DNA from: Octopus vulgaris
Lineage: Eukaryota
NCBI GenBank assembly: GCA_951406725.2
Contig: OX597822.1
Coordinates: 64,170,001-64,234,000, forward strand
Direction of reading: 5' to 3'
DNA: 64,000 nt
Both the position numbers and the translations under genes were made by a program. The notes beneath the pieces were generated by a model, which ran no database searches, had not been told where the DNA came from, and saw only the letters and a program-made list of their open reading frames with translations. This document shows positions 39,137-53,294 of the stretch, one piece after another; the stretch's first letter is position 1, and each line of letters opens with the position of its first letter.

Positions 39137-39168
<32 letters not shown>

Positions 39169-39575
39169 TACATATCGTTTTTTATCAGTGGAACTCGAAG
39201 TAGTCAAAGCTATAAATAATATAGCATGTAAATACTGGATTGAGCAAAATAAATAAATAAATAAATAAAAGATGGGTGAAAAAAGTTGAAGGCTTACAAA
39301 TAGATGTGATTATAGTGGTAGAATAAATGTGAAACGGAGAGTGTGAACAAAAACTAGGACGAAGAGAGAGGATAGAAAGATAGAGATACAGAAGAAGAAG
39401 GGTGGAAAAAAATCTATATTTTTCACTATAATGGTCGTCCATACAATCGGGCTAATTCAGTCGCGTTTCACCTGTGAATAAACCTGATTGTGAATGATTC
39501 AGTCCCTTTACCACTGATTGGAGCATCTTAAACCCTGGAACACTCTCCAGGAACTGACTCAAGCGCACACATACA

Positions 39576-39685
<110 letters not shown>

Positions 39686-39733
39686 TACATACATATATAT
39701 ATATATGTGTGTGTGTATGTGTAGGTATATATA

Positions 39734-39775
<42 letters not shown>

Positions 39776-39882
39776 TATATATCAACATATACATACATAT
39801 TTATTTGGAATCTGTCTCTCATTCTCTTGCGCTCTCTCCCTCTCTCTGGTCCCGATGCTCTCCTTGTCTTATACTCTCACTC

Positions 39883-39919
<37 letters not shown>

Positions 39920-40135
39920 TCTCTCGCTATGCTTTTCTCTCTTTCTCGCTATTCTTTTCTTCTCCTCCGCCCTCTCTCTCTCCCTCTCTCTCTCACTTTC
40001 TTTTTGTCCTTTCCATCCCTCATTCTTTCTTTCTCTCTGTTTCTGACCCTGACTCAAATATATAAATATTCGCATTCATTCATTTGCTAACTATTTCTCC
40101 CTCTTCCTCTCTCTCATCCTCTCTGTCTCTCTCTG

Positions 40136-40167
<32 letters not shown>

Positions 40168-40362
40168 TTTCTCTCTGTCTCCATTACAAACACACTCAAA
40201 TTCATTCAACTTTCTTCTCCTCTCACACTCCCACAGTCACACTCCCCAATCACCACCTCACCGCCACTTTTCCCAGGGCGCACTACCATACGCCACACAC
40301 ACCCATCATCATCCTCACGCACACACGCACACACACACACAAACAAGCACGCACATACATAC

Positions 40363-40429
<67 letters not shown>

Positions 40430-40430
40430 C

Positions 40431-40469
<39 letters not shown>

Positions 40470-40697
40470 ACATTAATTTGGCAGAGATGTTCAGTGGACG
40501 GGTACTGTTGTCCAACTGTGCAAACTAATTGCATTGATTGCAGCAGGGTGCATCTTACTGCGACAGTAAACCCTAGGTTAATGGTGTGTGAGTTTTAAAT
40601 GCTGCAAGACTGACCCAACCGTTCCAACCGGTACCTGTCGCCCCGCCGTCCTCACCACTGTCTGATTTCTGACAGATTCTTTCTGTCCTCTTTTCGT

Positions 40698-40762
<65 letters not shown>

Positions 40763-41076
40763 TCTCTGCCCTCTTTCTATCTCTGTATCTGTGTGTGTCC
40801 CCCTCTCTGTGGCTCTCCGTTTTCTCGCTGTCCCCTTTCTGTCTTTTCTCTTTGTATCTTTCTTTCTCTCTGTCTGTCACTGTCTGTCTGTCTGTCTCTC
40901 TCTCTCTCACTCGCTCTCGTTCTCTCGCTTTCTCTTTCGCTCTCTCTCTCCCTCTCTCTGTCTATCTTTACACACACACACACGCATATATATATATATA
41001 TATATATATATACCTATTTGTCTATCTATACATACACACACACACATAGACACAGACAGACACACACATACACACA

Positions 41077-41130
<54 letters not shown>

Positions 41131-42065
41131 GATACACACACACACACACACATATATATATTATCATTTTCATGTTATCATTTTCAAATGGCAGTGCCCC
41201 AGCATGGCCTCAGCTCGTGCGCTGAAACTAGATAAAATGAAATAAATAAAAATACAGACACACACACACATATATGCACACACAGACACACACATTCATA
41301 CACACGCACACAAACACACACAGACACACATATATTATCATTTTAATGTTATCATTTTCAAATGGCGTAGCCCCAGCATGGCCACAGCTAGTGCGCTGAA
41401 ACTAGATAAAATGAAATAAATAAAAATAAATAAATATACAGACACACACACACATATACACACACATATACACACACATTCATACTCACACACACACACA
41501 CACACACACACATCCATATATATGTGTGCATGTGTGTTTGTGTATAGATATATATGCATTTTCATTGTCCCTTTTTTCCCCCTCTATCTTCTCTGCTCTG
41601 CCTGTCCTCTCCCTTTCTGTCCGTATTTACAATTTGACTTCCGTTAAACATGGCGTCACACTGACAACGTTGATATCGAATCTTCCTCACTTTCGGAACA
41701 ACAATACATCTTTCGCTCCATGTCGATGATAACACCGCGCCTGCGCACGCACGCACGCACGCACGCTCACGCATAGGCACACACACATACACACATGCAC
41801 GCACATGCATGCGCAAACACACGCACACACATACGCACAGTACATTATGAAATATACTACCCACACATATACAAAAATTAACAGATACACACAACATATA
41901 CATACACACATGCACATACCACATACATAAACGTCACCCTCCTCCATACAAACATCCACACACACTCAAACGCACATACACGCTCTCACACCCACGCAAA
42001 CAGTCTATATAGAGCACCATACGATATATTGCTCACACATATAGAAAAACTTACGCATACACATA

Positions 42066-42124
<59 letters not shown>

Positions 42125-42279
42125 CATACATTACTTTACACTACACAGATACTCATAAAGAAACGCCTAGCTCATCCACACACACGCACACACACAAGAA
42201 CAACACATAGAAAAACAAATACACACGCACACACACAAGAACAACACATAGAAAGACAAACACACACGCACACACACAC

Positions 42280-42344
<65 letters not shown>

Positions 42345-42390
42345 CACACACGCACACACACACACACACACACGCTAGAACAACACATAG

Positions 42391-42426
<36 letters not shown>

Positions 42427-42718
42427 CTATGTGCTTCCAAGTACACACACAAACATTCAAAGATGTAACGCGCGCATGTGCATTCACATTTAGACACAAT
42501 CACATAACTAATAAGTATGCATACACACACGTATAATGTATTTTAAACATGCACAAAAGCACTAAAGCGTAGCACACACACACACACACACACACATAAA
42601 CACTTACCGCACATAAACACACACCTACATACATACATGCAAACACACTGTACATTCCATATACAATATCACATACAACGCACGCTCCACACATCGCAAC
42701 CAACGACGTTCAAAGTTT

Positions 42719-42774
<56 letters not shown>

Positions 42775-43254
42775 TACACACACACATACACACACGTACA
42801 CCACCACCACCACTAGTGTCACCCCTCCCCCTCTCGCCACCAGCATCCCCGCTGCCACCATCACGACTGTCGCCACGGTCCACACAACTTTTTGGATCTT
42901 TATTTGTTTCATTTCACGATATACGATTTGCACTCGCTGACATTTCACCGAATTATACAGTAGTGGTGTCGGCGGTGTCGGCGGTGTCGGCGGTGTCGGC
43001 GGTGGTGACTTGGTGGTGGAGGCGGCGACGGTGGTGGTGGTGGTGGTGGTGGTGGTGGGCGTAAGTATGCTGAGCGCGCGGTGTGAGGTGGTGGCTTAAA
43101 TATCATCCCATCAACTCTCTTAATGTATGCGCATCTACTTATCGAGTCGTACACTTAGACATTACACACAATAAATAATAAACATGCCACATATAAATAT
43201 GTATACTCATACACACGCACGCACACATTCTTTTATTCTTTTCTTTTCCTTTTT

Positions 43255-43589
43255 TTTTACTAGTTTCGGTCATTTGACTGTGGTCATGCTGGAGTACCGT
43301 CTTGAAAGGTATTGGTCGAGCAAATCGACCTCAGGGTTCATTTCTTAAGCCTAGTACTTATTGATTCTATCGGTCTCTTTTGGCAAAACCGCTAAGTGAT
43401 GGGGACGTAAACACACCAACACCGGTTGCCGAACAGTGATGGGGTGAGACACACACACACACACACACATGCGACTGGCTTCTTTCAGTTTCCGTCTACC
43501 AAATCCACTCAAAAGGCTTTGGTCGGCTCGAGACTATAGTAGATGACACTTGCCCAAGGTGTCACGCAGTGGGCACTAAATCTGGAACC

Positions 43590-43590
<1 letters not shown>
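43255..43590 (-). mobile_element. SINE family A
   Basis: Tail and most of the head on the minus strand. Confidence 0.85.
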
Positions 43591-43621
<31 letters not shown>

Positions 43622-43689
43622 CATAAATACACATACATACATACATACATACATACGTACATACATACATACATACATACATACATACA

Positions 43690-43721
<32 letters not shown>

Positions 43722-43752
43722 CATACATACATACATACATATATACCAATCT

Positions 43753-44381
43753 CTAAATACCAATCTTGAGAAATTAGGCTTCTTAAGACCAGAGAAGAGA
43801 AAGCTAATTCAAAGACTACAGATCCAATCCATCACAAGAACTGTGAAAATCTGTAAAGCTTACCCAGAAGTTTATCATTTAAATATATATGATATAAAAG
43901 TACATGCATGAGAATACATACATAAAACATAAAAATCTGCACATACATGCATGCATACACACACGCATACATACATACATACATACATACATACATACAT
44001 ACATACATACATACATACATACATACATACATGCATGCATACATGCATGCATGCATGCATACATACATACATGCATGCGTACATACATACATACATGCAT
44101 GCATACATACATACATACATACAAGAATACCCTGTTGTTGATGTTGATATTCCAATGAAGGAACCTTGGATCTAGGTTTGAAACCGGTTCTTTCTCTATT
44201 GGCAAGAAACCTTGAAATAAACTGAATAATGACATACATACATACATGCATACGTATATAGACTTTGTGGAGTTAACACCGAAGATATCACCCACATCAT
44301 AAGCAGTTGTCCAAAAAGGTCACGGTATTATCTACCGATATGATGTTATAGCTAGGACACTCTATAATGAAATCCGTCGGA
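43753..44381 (+). pseudogene. Fragments of an RLE-type (R4/Dong-like) LINE embedded in (TACA)n
   Basis: 44260-44340 reads RLCGVNTEDITHIISSCPK..RYYLP (CCHC knuckle). 43753-43880 reads LNTNLEKLGF...IQRLQIQSITRTVKICK (C-terminus-like). Putative 3' UTR 44120-44232 ends AATAAACTGAATAATG then (ACAT)n. Confidence 0.7.
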
Positions 44382-45359
44382 ATAAGACATACATATATAA
44401 ATGCATACATACACGCACATATGTAGGGTGTGCCGTTTTTGGTTGTTATAGCACAGTCGTATAAGTTACATATATGTAACATGATGAATTGAAAAACTCC
44501 ATTTAACTGAGATTATCTAAGTAATAAGAAGACTAAAACTCTCTAAAGGGAATTGAAATCTGAAAAGAAATAGCAAAGGAGATAATTCTTATAAGATTAG
44601 TTAATAGATATTTTAGGATAATATAGTCTATGCAAATCGCAGTAGATATGATTCACTGCAATCTTTATAGACCAATCACCACTAGAAGGGTGGTTTGTTT
44701 ACTAAATGCATGGATGATCTTTGTTGATAGAAGTTTTTCAAGTGATTATAATAAAAATGGGAAATCCTACTTTTTTTTACTTAGGATGCGGTTTCACAGA
44801 CAAAAATTTATATATTTTATAGACAATATCGAACACATATGCACAAGGAATGTGTTTTGCTAGTTCGTGGGTAGGCTGCGCTTATAGGCGTAGGAGAATA
44901 TATTCTCATCAATGCACCTGGTGTTAAAACACCTGGAAGTCATAGATAAGCGAGATAACTCGCATCAGATTCCATTCAAAAGCGATAGATATCGATGTTT
45001 CATCATTCTTGTGACTTGTCAATACCATATACCCGAAACGAGGCCCGACGCAAGATATATTGCTGTCAATGACGATATGCAAAATGGTGTAAGAACCATC
45101 TGCTGGTATGTCCCAACGTTTCATACCACGAAAAGAAAAATCTATATATACTCTTTTACTCTTTTACTTGCTTCAGTCTTTCATCTTCTCCGGGGTCGAT
45201 AAATTAACTGAGTCTCCAGGTTTTGATATAACCGTCAGTCAAATTTAAAGGTGGTGCTCCAGAATGACAATAATTCAACGATTGAAACCGAGGGAAAAAT
45301 AACAATTTTAGCATGTGGAGTAACTACCTAAACCTTGGATTAAAGAACAATAATGAGGT

Positions 45360-46115
45360 AGAGCAATTTAGCAACTATTTCTAGCATTTGAAATGACCAC
45401 CTAAAACGATCTCATATAAGTTTTAAAAATTGAACAGTGGAAGAATTTAGCTGCTGTTCTAGCATTTGGAATGACCACCTAAACAGTTACATACATTTGA
45501 CCTAGGGCTACATTAGAGCAATGATCAATAGGAGGACTTGTATACAGTTTCTAGCAACAACGTGCTAGAAATAACAGTCAAATCCGCCTGGTTATAATTG
45601 TTCTGTAATCGCAGGTCAAATGTATGAAATCGTTTAGGTGGACACTTCATACGCTAGAACTAGCAGTCAAATCTCTTCGCTTATTTTTCTATTGCTAGAG
45701 GTTATCTATGAGATCGTTTAAAGGAATCGCTTTGTATGCTAGAAATAACACTAAAATCCCCACTTATATTATTGTACTGAAGCACAGGCCAACTGTATGA
45801 GAACGATTAGATGGTCCTTGTTTGTGCAAGAAATAACTTTCCTATTTTTGCCGCAAAACCAGTTATTTTGAGGGGAGGGGAAGTCGATTCCGTTAATCCC
45901 AGTGCTCAACTGGTACAAATTTCATCGATCTCGAAAGGATGAGAGGCAAGGTCAACCTCGATGGCATTTGAACTCAAAACGTAAAGCCAGCAAAAATGCT
46001 GTCAAGCATTTTGTCTGGCGCGGTGACAACTCTGCCAGCTCGCTACTGTTTATGCTAGAAATAACAGCTAAATTCTCCTGCTAATCATTGTTCTTTGGCA
46101 GTAGGTCAAATGTAC
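45360..46115. repeat. Array of ~85-bp degenerate units that switches orientation at ~45557
   Basis: TTCTAGCATTTG(A/G)AATGACCACCTAAA twice, then several GCTAGAAATAAC / AGGTCAAATGTA units. A SINE B is inserted at 45860-46045. Confidence 0.65.
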
Positions 46116-46215
46116 CGCCATCTGGTCCTTGGATAACTTTAGCTGATCCATTCTGTTGGACAGTTCTTTGGTCTGGGCGATAACTTTGGCCTTGTCCCTC
46201 TTAATCCTGGCGAGC
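46116..46215 (-). CDS. Candidate coding exon, coiled-coil peptide
   Basis: TCATTCTTACAG acceptor and GTACAT donor. 100 bp, GC-richer than its flanks, reading LARIKRDKAKVIAQTKELSNRMDQLKLSKDQMA. Confidence 0.55.
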
Positions 46216-47633
46216 CTGTAAGAATGATAGGCGCTGCTCTTCCTTCTCTGATTAAGTCGGGAAAAAAAACAAAACAAAAAACAAAAACAAAAAAAACGCT
46301 GACTGGAGGTGATATTCAAAGCAATTACAATAACAAGAAAATCAACATTATATCTAAGGGTGTGTTACAGTCGGAAAACTCTCCGCTTGATTCTAAAAGT
46401 GCAAAAAAGCAAAAAGTAAAAAAAAAAAAAAATACATCGGTGTAAACTTCAGACCCCTTCCCACCCCTGCTTTATTTTTGTTTAAATCGTAATTAAGAAA
46501 AACAAGTAAGTGGACTGAACTTCATAAGACGAGTCCTTTATTAGGAAAATCTATGAATAACTTAGGCCATCTGTTCTTCACACCATTATGTATTGGAAGG
46601 AGATGAGGGAGGAGGAGGGGGAGGAGAACTCCTTAAACAAACACAGCTACTATTAAAGACTTTATCAAGAACATATAAGCTATCATCCTCCCACACTGAC
46701 ACACACATACATACATACACACACAAGCACTCGTCCTTGGTTAATCCTGCCTTCTGACAGGCAACAGATAAATATCTACGTACTTTTTCACTCTGATGCC
46801 GAACCATCTGTCTAATTCTTCACAACTTCTTACTATCTGACACATAGATATTTTGGTACCAGTAGCTTTTTCTTGCTGGATTTGTTCGTTTGCTAAGCTC
46901 GATGCTGTTCCTCCTCGTATTTTATTTGTCTTTAAAGTCTCTTTCTCACTCACTCCCCCTCTCTCCCCCCTCTCTCTCTATCTATCTTTTTTTTGTCTAT
47001 CTTGACACACAAAAGTTTTAAAATTTCATCCACAATTTTGACAGAAGCAGTATTAATACCAAAAAAGTAATCTTTATCCCCACTTAAATGTGTTTGTTGT
47101 GTGAGAACACAAAATACTGCGATAGTTATTACTTGAAAACCTCTCCTATAAACTTTTGGTGCATATAAGCACTTTTGTTTACATCACTAGTGGGAGATAA
47201 TCTTCCGCTATCTCCGTCGGAACTATCAGATCATGTGATATCAGCCTTCCTTGGACTTGTCAACGGCATATGAACCCCGGTTGAAAACCACTGTATTAGA
47301 GTGTCGGAGCAAACGACCGTCTGATGAGATATTTTAGAATTTTTACCGGAAATCGATGAAGTTAGCAGTAATTTCATTATGGTCGCCGAATGTTATTTTA
47401 CTGTTTCCTGCAAGGGAAGTTATAAACGATGGACTCGGACTTGTCAACACACCACGTGTGTTTGAGCAGCCGGGTTGTTATTACAAATAAAGATGAATAT
47501 ATTACGAAAACATGAAAGATTGGGTTTTACCTTTTCGAATAACGGATCACAAAGAACTCTATTTTTTTTTGGAACAGTGCATCTCGGGATACACCATTCA
47601 ATAAATAAATGAATAGATAAATAAAATAAAATA

Positions 47634-47960
47634 GGCGTTCCTTCGTTTTAACTCGACAAAACCATAACAAGACTTCGGTTGTTTCCGTGACAACTCGACA
47701 ATTCACTTCGGATATCTTCGTGACCTCCGAAAATTTGCGGATTTTACATACACACATGAAGCAGGTAAGGACAAATATGCAAGGCTTTTTGCTGGCATAA
47801 TTTCGTCATATCTACATTCCACAATACATGAACACATAAAAAAACAACACACGGCACACTGTCACGGAGGTCACGAAGAGATCCGAAGTGAATTGTCGAG
47901 TTGACGCGGAAACAACCGAGGTCTTGTTATGGTTTTGTCGAGTTAAAACGAAGGAACGCC
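47634..47960. mobile_element. MITE with ~95-bp TIRs and apparent 3-bp TSD ATA
   Basis: GGCGTTCCTTCGTTTTAACTCGACAAAACC...GTGACCTCCG and its reverse complement at ~47865-47960. Confidence 0.85.
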
Positions 47961-48097
47961 ATAAAATAAAATATAATAAAAATAAAAAAAGTAAATAAAA
48001 TAGAAATAGGATAAAATAAAGGAATTATTTCACGTTCTCCCGCAAGCGTATAAAATTTTTATAAACTTATATAAATGATATTTCATGATGACAACAA

Positions 48098-48513
48098 ATT
48101 CTTTTACTCTTTTACTTGTTTCAGTCATTTGACTGTGGCCAAGCTGGAGCACCGCCTTTAGACGAGCAAATCGACCCCAGGACTTATTCTTTGTAAGCCT
48201 AGTACTTATTCTATCGGGCTCTTTTCGCCGAACCGCTAAGTTACGGGGACGTAAACACACCAGCTTCGGTTGTCGAGCGATGTTGGGGGGACAAACACAG
48301 ATGCTCTAACGTATACACACACATACATATATATACATATACATATATACGACGGGCTTCTTTCAGTTTCCGTCTACCAAATCCACTCACAAGGCTTTGG
48401 TCGGCCTGAGGCTGTACTAGAAGACACTGGCCCAAGGTGCCACGCAGTGGGACTGAACCTGGAACCATGTGATTCGTATGCAAGCTACTTACCACACAGC
48501 CACTCCTACGCCT
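48098..48513 (-). mobile_element. SINE family A, full length
   Basis: Complete head and tail. Confidence 0.9.
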
Positions 48514-50528
48514 ATGTTGATAAAAAAAAAAAAAAAAAAAAACGATAGTCTTCTCATCTAAAAGTGAAACTAAATAAATTGATTACTGTCGTTCACGTTC
48601 TAGCAGGATCTATTCTTTCCCAGATGAGAAAGGGCTTAGTGTGTGAACCTGAGAGGGGAATGTATTCAATAAAATCGTAGTTAATTGATTCTCCTGTACT
48701 TACTTTTACCCAAAGCCAGTAACTTTTCAGCACCCCTTCGTATATCTATGGCGGTTTTAATACTTATAAAGCAAATAGCCGTTTCATAATGTTTATATAC
48801 ATGTGCACAGAATCTCCAAAAGTCTAAATAACATCATTAAGAAAGATATACAAAAGCAGAGGTTCTCAACCATTTAAAAAACCTATAAACCATTTTGATT
48901 CTTATTTTATTTGTATGAACCCTCATATCCACTCGTTGCTTAAGAAAGCTTCTGTTATATTTGTATCATTATATATAGGCGCAGGAGTGGCTATGTGGTA
49001 AGTAGCTTGCTTACCAAACACATGGTTCCGGGTTCAGTGTGTTTATGTGTACATGTATATATATGTACATATACACACACATATATATATACAAGCATGC
49101 ATATATGTGTGTGCATGTATGTATGCATATATGTGTGTGTATGTATGCATGTATGTATGTATGTGTGTGTGTATGTATATGCACATATACATATACACAC
49201 ATATATATATACACACACACATACGCATACACATACACATGTACACACGCATATATGTGTCAGATGAAAGCCTTCTCACATTGTGAGACATCTGTAAGTC
49301 ATTGGATTTTAGTGGCAGATTTGTACAGCACATTTACCATTCTCTCAGTCGCCATAAATAGGGATCAGTGGAAAGAACTGCAAGATGTCTGATACTATAT
49401 CGACTGCAAGATTTATGTTAGAGTATCTTTCTCCTAGCAGAGCTTCCCTCCTCCCCCCACGGCTTTGTGCAAAATAACGAGAGCCTTCTCCACTTCTGGA
49501 AAGTCTGTTTAACTCATAGATAGGACCCTGACAGATTCTACCGTTCCGAGTCAGAACGGAATTGGGAGTAATGGTAAGGGATGACTCCACACTTCCCACA
49601 ACCTCAGAATTCACGAGCTGGAGCCTTACCACCAGATGCAGTTTTGAAATGTATTAACTGAAGAAAGACTTACGTAAAGGATGAATTTTCTGTTATCTAT
49701 TATGTAATGATCTAAAACGTACACACTAAACGGTTTCAAAATATTGATATTTGGATTGAATTTGTTATAATACTCTGTATATGTATGTGTGTGTATGTAT
49801 GTGTGTCTATATGTGTGTGCATGTGTGAATGTGTATGTGTGTGTATGTGTGTCTATCAAAACTGATCAAGCCCATTGATAAAAGTTGCATATTAATCTGA
49901 AAATACAAAGATTTTTTAAAATTTCTTATTTTCCTCATTTTGCGTCTAGCTTTAGCCAATCAGCTGAATTGTCTCAGGAGTACGATGGGTACGATAAACC
50001 AATAGATCAATTACGATGTCGTCTGCCGATAATACGTCCTGGGAGAAAGCTATCTAAGTTTCAGCAAATTTTTGTGTAATGCATATATTTCTGAAAAACA
50101 CAAAATCCCAACTTTATTGCAATTAATTACGGTGGTTGGAAACAATTTGTCGACTTTTTAACAAAGTGACTGAAATTCGATTGTAAAAAGAAAGGAAGTT
50201 ATTACCACTGAGACGTCGATGACACTGGAAATTAATTTTCGTGTAGAATTTTCCTGAAGAATGGTTCCTTTAGCCCGTAGTGAATATAACCTGTAAAATT
50301 AGAATAGAATAAATCTATTTCTTTGTGTTACACATCTTTATTGTGGAAGTTTAAAGGAAAACGAGAATTATTATCGCAAGCATGGTTGCCTGGCTCTGAA
50401 GATCGCTTTGCAATCACGTGATTTCAGATTCCATCCCACTGCGTGGCACCTTTGGAAAGTGTTTTCTTCTAGAACACCAGGTTAATTAATGACTTGTGAG
50501 TTGGTAGATGGAAACTGCGTAGAAGCCC

Positions 50529-50617
<89 letters not shown>

Positions 50618-50644
50618 GTTGATAGATAGATAGATAGATAGATA

Positions 50645-50894
50645 GCAAAGGTAAGACAACAAAAGAATGAAAGAGATTTCGATATTATGTAAATAGAGGA
50701 ATTTTTCTCTATGTATAATATGTGACAATTATTCGGTACCATAATAAAACTCCGAGTTTTGGATGTCGAGGCGGAAACCCACGCCGCCATCTCTTCAGTT
50801 ATCGGGCCATCGAAAAAAAGATGGCGGCGTGGGTTTCCGCCGCGACATCCGAAACTCGGAGTTTTATCATGGCCACCGAATAATTGTCACATAT
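50645..50894. mobile_element. Asymmetric hairpin of a PLE-type pseudo-LTR containing a hammerhead
   Basis: Arms 50718-50791 and 50818-50894. Minus 50803-50743 reads GATAA-CTGAAGA-GATG...CATC-C-AAAA-CTCGGAG-TT-TTA; the other arm has the intact GAAA. Confidence 0.8.
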
Positions 50895-50900
50895 ATTTAC

Positions 50901-50938
<38 letters not shown>

Positions 50939-50940
<2 letters not shown>

Positions 50941-51342
50941 AATGAAAAGAAGAAGACATAGAACATTCTTTAACACATCTTTAATTATAAGTTACACATG
51001 TTTCCATACTATCTCCATTTGCAACGCCCATTTATGCGAAAATTTTAAAAGAAAAATTTCCTAACATGCGATTTTAGGCATTGGAGAAGCACTTCCTCTG
51101 ACTTGCATCAGACCTTCTATACTTTCATTACATCAAGGTTTGACAAACACACGCTGTAATAGTATGACTTTGATGCAAGTTTGAGGAAGTGGCTCTCCAA
51201 TCTCCAAAACCGCATATATGAACTAATTTTTCTTTTAGAATTTTCGTGAAAACTGGCATTTCAAATGGAGATGATGCGGAAGCATGTGTAACTTATAATA
51301 AAGGACGTGTTAAAAAATTTTCTTTGTTTTCCTTTCATTGGG
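50939..51342. mobile_element. Old fold-back MITE (long imperfect palindrome)
   Basis: CCAATGAAA...TTATAAGTTACACATG...TCTCCATTTG...CACTTCCTC..ACTTGCATCA, mirrored at 51171-51341. Confidence 0.8.
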
Positions 51343-51502
51343 TTATTTACTCTTCGCCAAACCATATGAGAGAATAATCGTCATGAAACTTGGATTTTCT
51401 GCACCAGAAGCATTCCGGTCTTGGCTTGGATCCCGACAGTGTTGATAGCCCAGTATTCGTGTTGAGTGCTTCTCTGGAAATACCCCAGCTTCACACCCAA
51501 CT

Positions 51503-51553
<51 letters not shown>

Positions 51554-51643
51554 CGTGCGCAAGCGTACTAGTTGAGCACAGGGTCGATGTAATCGGCTTA
51601 CCCACGCCTCAGAAGTTGCTAGCCTTGAACCGAAATTTGAAAC

Positions 51644-51722
<79 letters not shown>

Positions 51723-52006
51723 CATACATACATACATGCATACATACATGCAAACATGAAACATTCTCCTACTGTCCATGTCTATCCGACGTTGTGTATG
51801 GCTCCGTCTCATGGAGTGTTTGAGCGCGACGCACAGCAAGTTATTACCAAACGAGATATTTGGAAGTGCTTTTGCTCTGGTTTGTATGTTTAATTTCCTG
51901 GCAGGTGGAAACATGATCTCGTTGGCACACCAGCATATACATATAACTCACTCACACAAACAGGGCCTGTATGTGTATATGTATATAATACACATTCCAT
52001 TCATGA

Positions 52007-52044
<38 letters not shown>

Positions 52045-52348
52045 ATGTGTGTGTATAATATACATTCCATTCATGCATATTTATTTTCACACACACACAC
52101 ATAAGTGTATGTATATTACACACACAGACACAGACATCAGTCACACACACATACACACAGATTGTTCTGGTACAATGATAAAACGTCTGTCATGTAGACA
52201 GATAACGTGGGATTCACTACTTCCATACAAGGTTCTTCTTCTTTAACTTAGTACAAATTTACACGCTATTATAACTTCAGCTATTTCGCGTTCCACCGTT
52301 AAAAACGATTTATTTCATGTTTTTGAAAGTTTCTATATTATGACCTAA

Positions 52349-52660
52349 GTGAAGGCGCGTGGCTTAGTGGTTAGGGCATTCGGCTCACGATTGTAAGGTC
52401 GTCAGTTCAATTCCCGGCGACGAGTTGTATCCTTGAGCAAGACACTTTATTTCACCTTGCTCCAGTCCACTCAGCTGGCAAAAATGAGTTGTACCTGTAT
52501 TTCAAAGGGTCGGCCTTGTCACACTCTGTGTCACGCTGAGAACTGCGTTAGGGGTACACGTTTCTGTGGATTGCTCAGTCACTTGCACGTTAATTTTACG
52601 AGCAAACTGTTCCGTTGATCGTATCAGCTGTGACCCTAGTCGTCGTAACCGACGGAGTGC
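52349..52660 (+). mobile_element. Chimeric SINE: family C head/core plus family D tail
   Basis: ...CTCAGCTGGCAAAAATGAG joined to TTGTACCTGTATTTCAAAGGG...GACGGAGTGC. A similar copy lies at 56478-56742(-). Confidence 0.8.
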
Positions 52661-53136
52661 TGCTCTTATTATGACGTAAAATATATATACACGTACATAA
52701 AGGGATGATACTAATGACGTAAGCACAAGTTACTCCTTACATATATACGACGGGCTTTCAGTTTCCGTCTACCAAATCCATTCCCAAGGCTTTAATCGGC
52801 CTGAGGCTATGGTGGAAGACACTTGCTTAAGGTGCCACGTAGTGGGACTGAACCCGGAACCATGTGCTTGGTAAGTAAGCTACTTACCACACAGACATTC
52901 CTACGCCTATCTTAATTATCTTAACAAAAGAAACAAATGGAAAACAAGACAAGTAACATAAAGAACGACCCTTCATCAGTTGTCAGCTGCTTTATTTACT
53001 CCACATTTCGAGCAATTACGACAATTTCACGAGCAGGCTGTTCCGTTGATCAGATCAGCCGGAACCTTCGTCGTCGTACCCGGTGGAGTGCCACGATAAG
53101 TGTCCATGTGTATAGATAGATAGATATGTATGTATG

Positions 53137-53205
<69 letters not shown>

Positions 53206-53245
53206 TAAAGTATATACACATACATATATAAAGTGTATGCACGTA

Positions 53246-53289
<44 letters not shown>

Positions 53290-53294
<5 letters not shown>

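Noticed and set aside
39455-39480. GAAACGCGAC half-hammerhead on the minus strand
   Set aside because: No CUGANGA half or stem II partner found. It may be truncated, but cannot be supported.
44150-44192. Hammerhead-like CCAATGA-AGGAACCT...AGGTTT-GAAACCGGTT
   Set aside because: Two core mismatches and no stem I. Better explained as a hairpin in the RLE LINE 3' UTR.
52965-53015. Permuted (type II-like) hammerhead GCTCGAAA...CTGATGAAGGG on the minus strand
   Set aside because: Stems I and III do not pair convincingly. At most a decayed pLTR piece.
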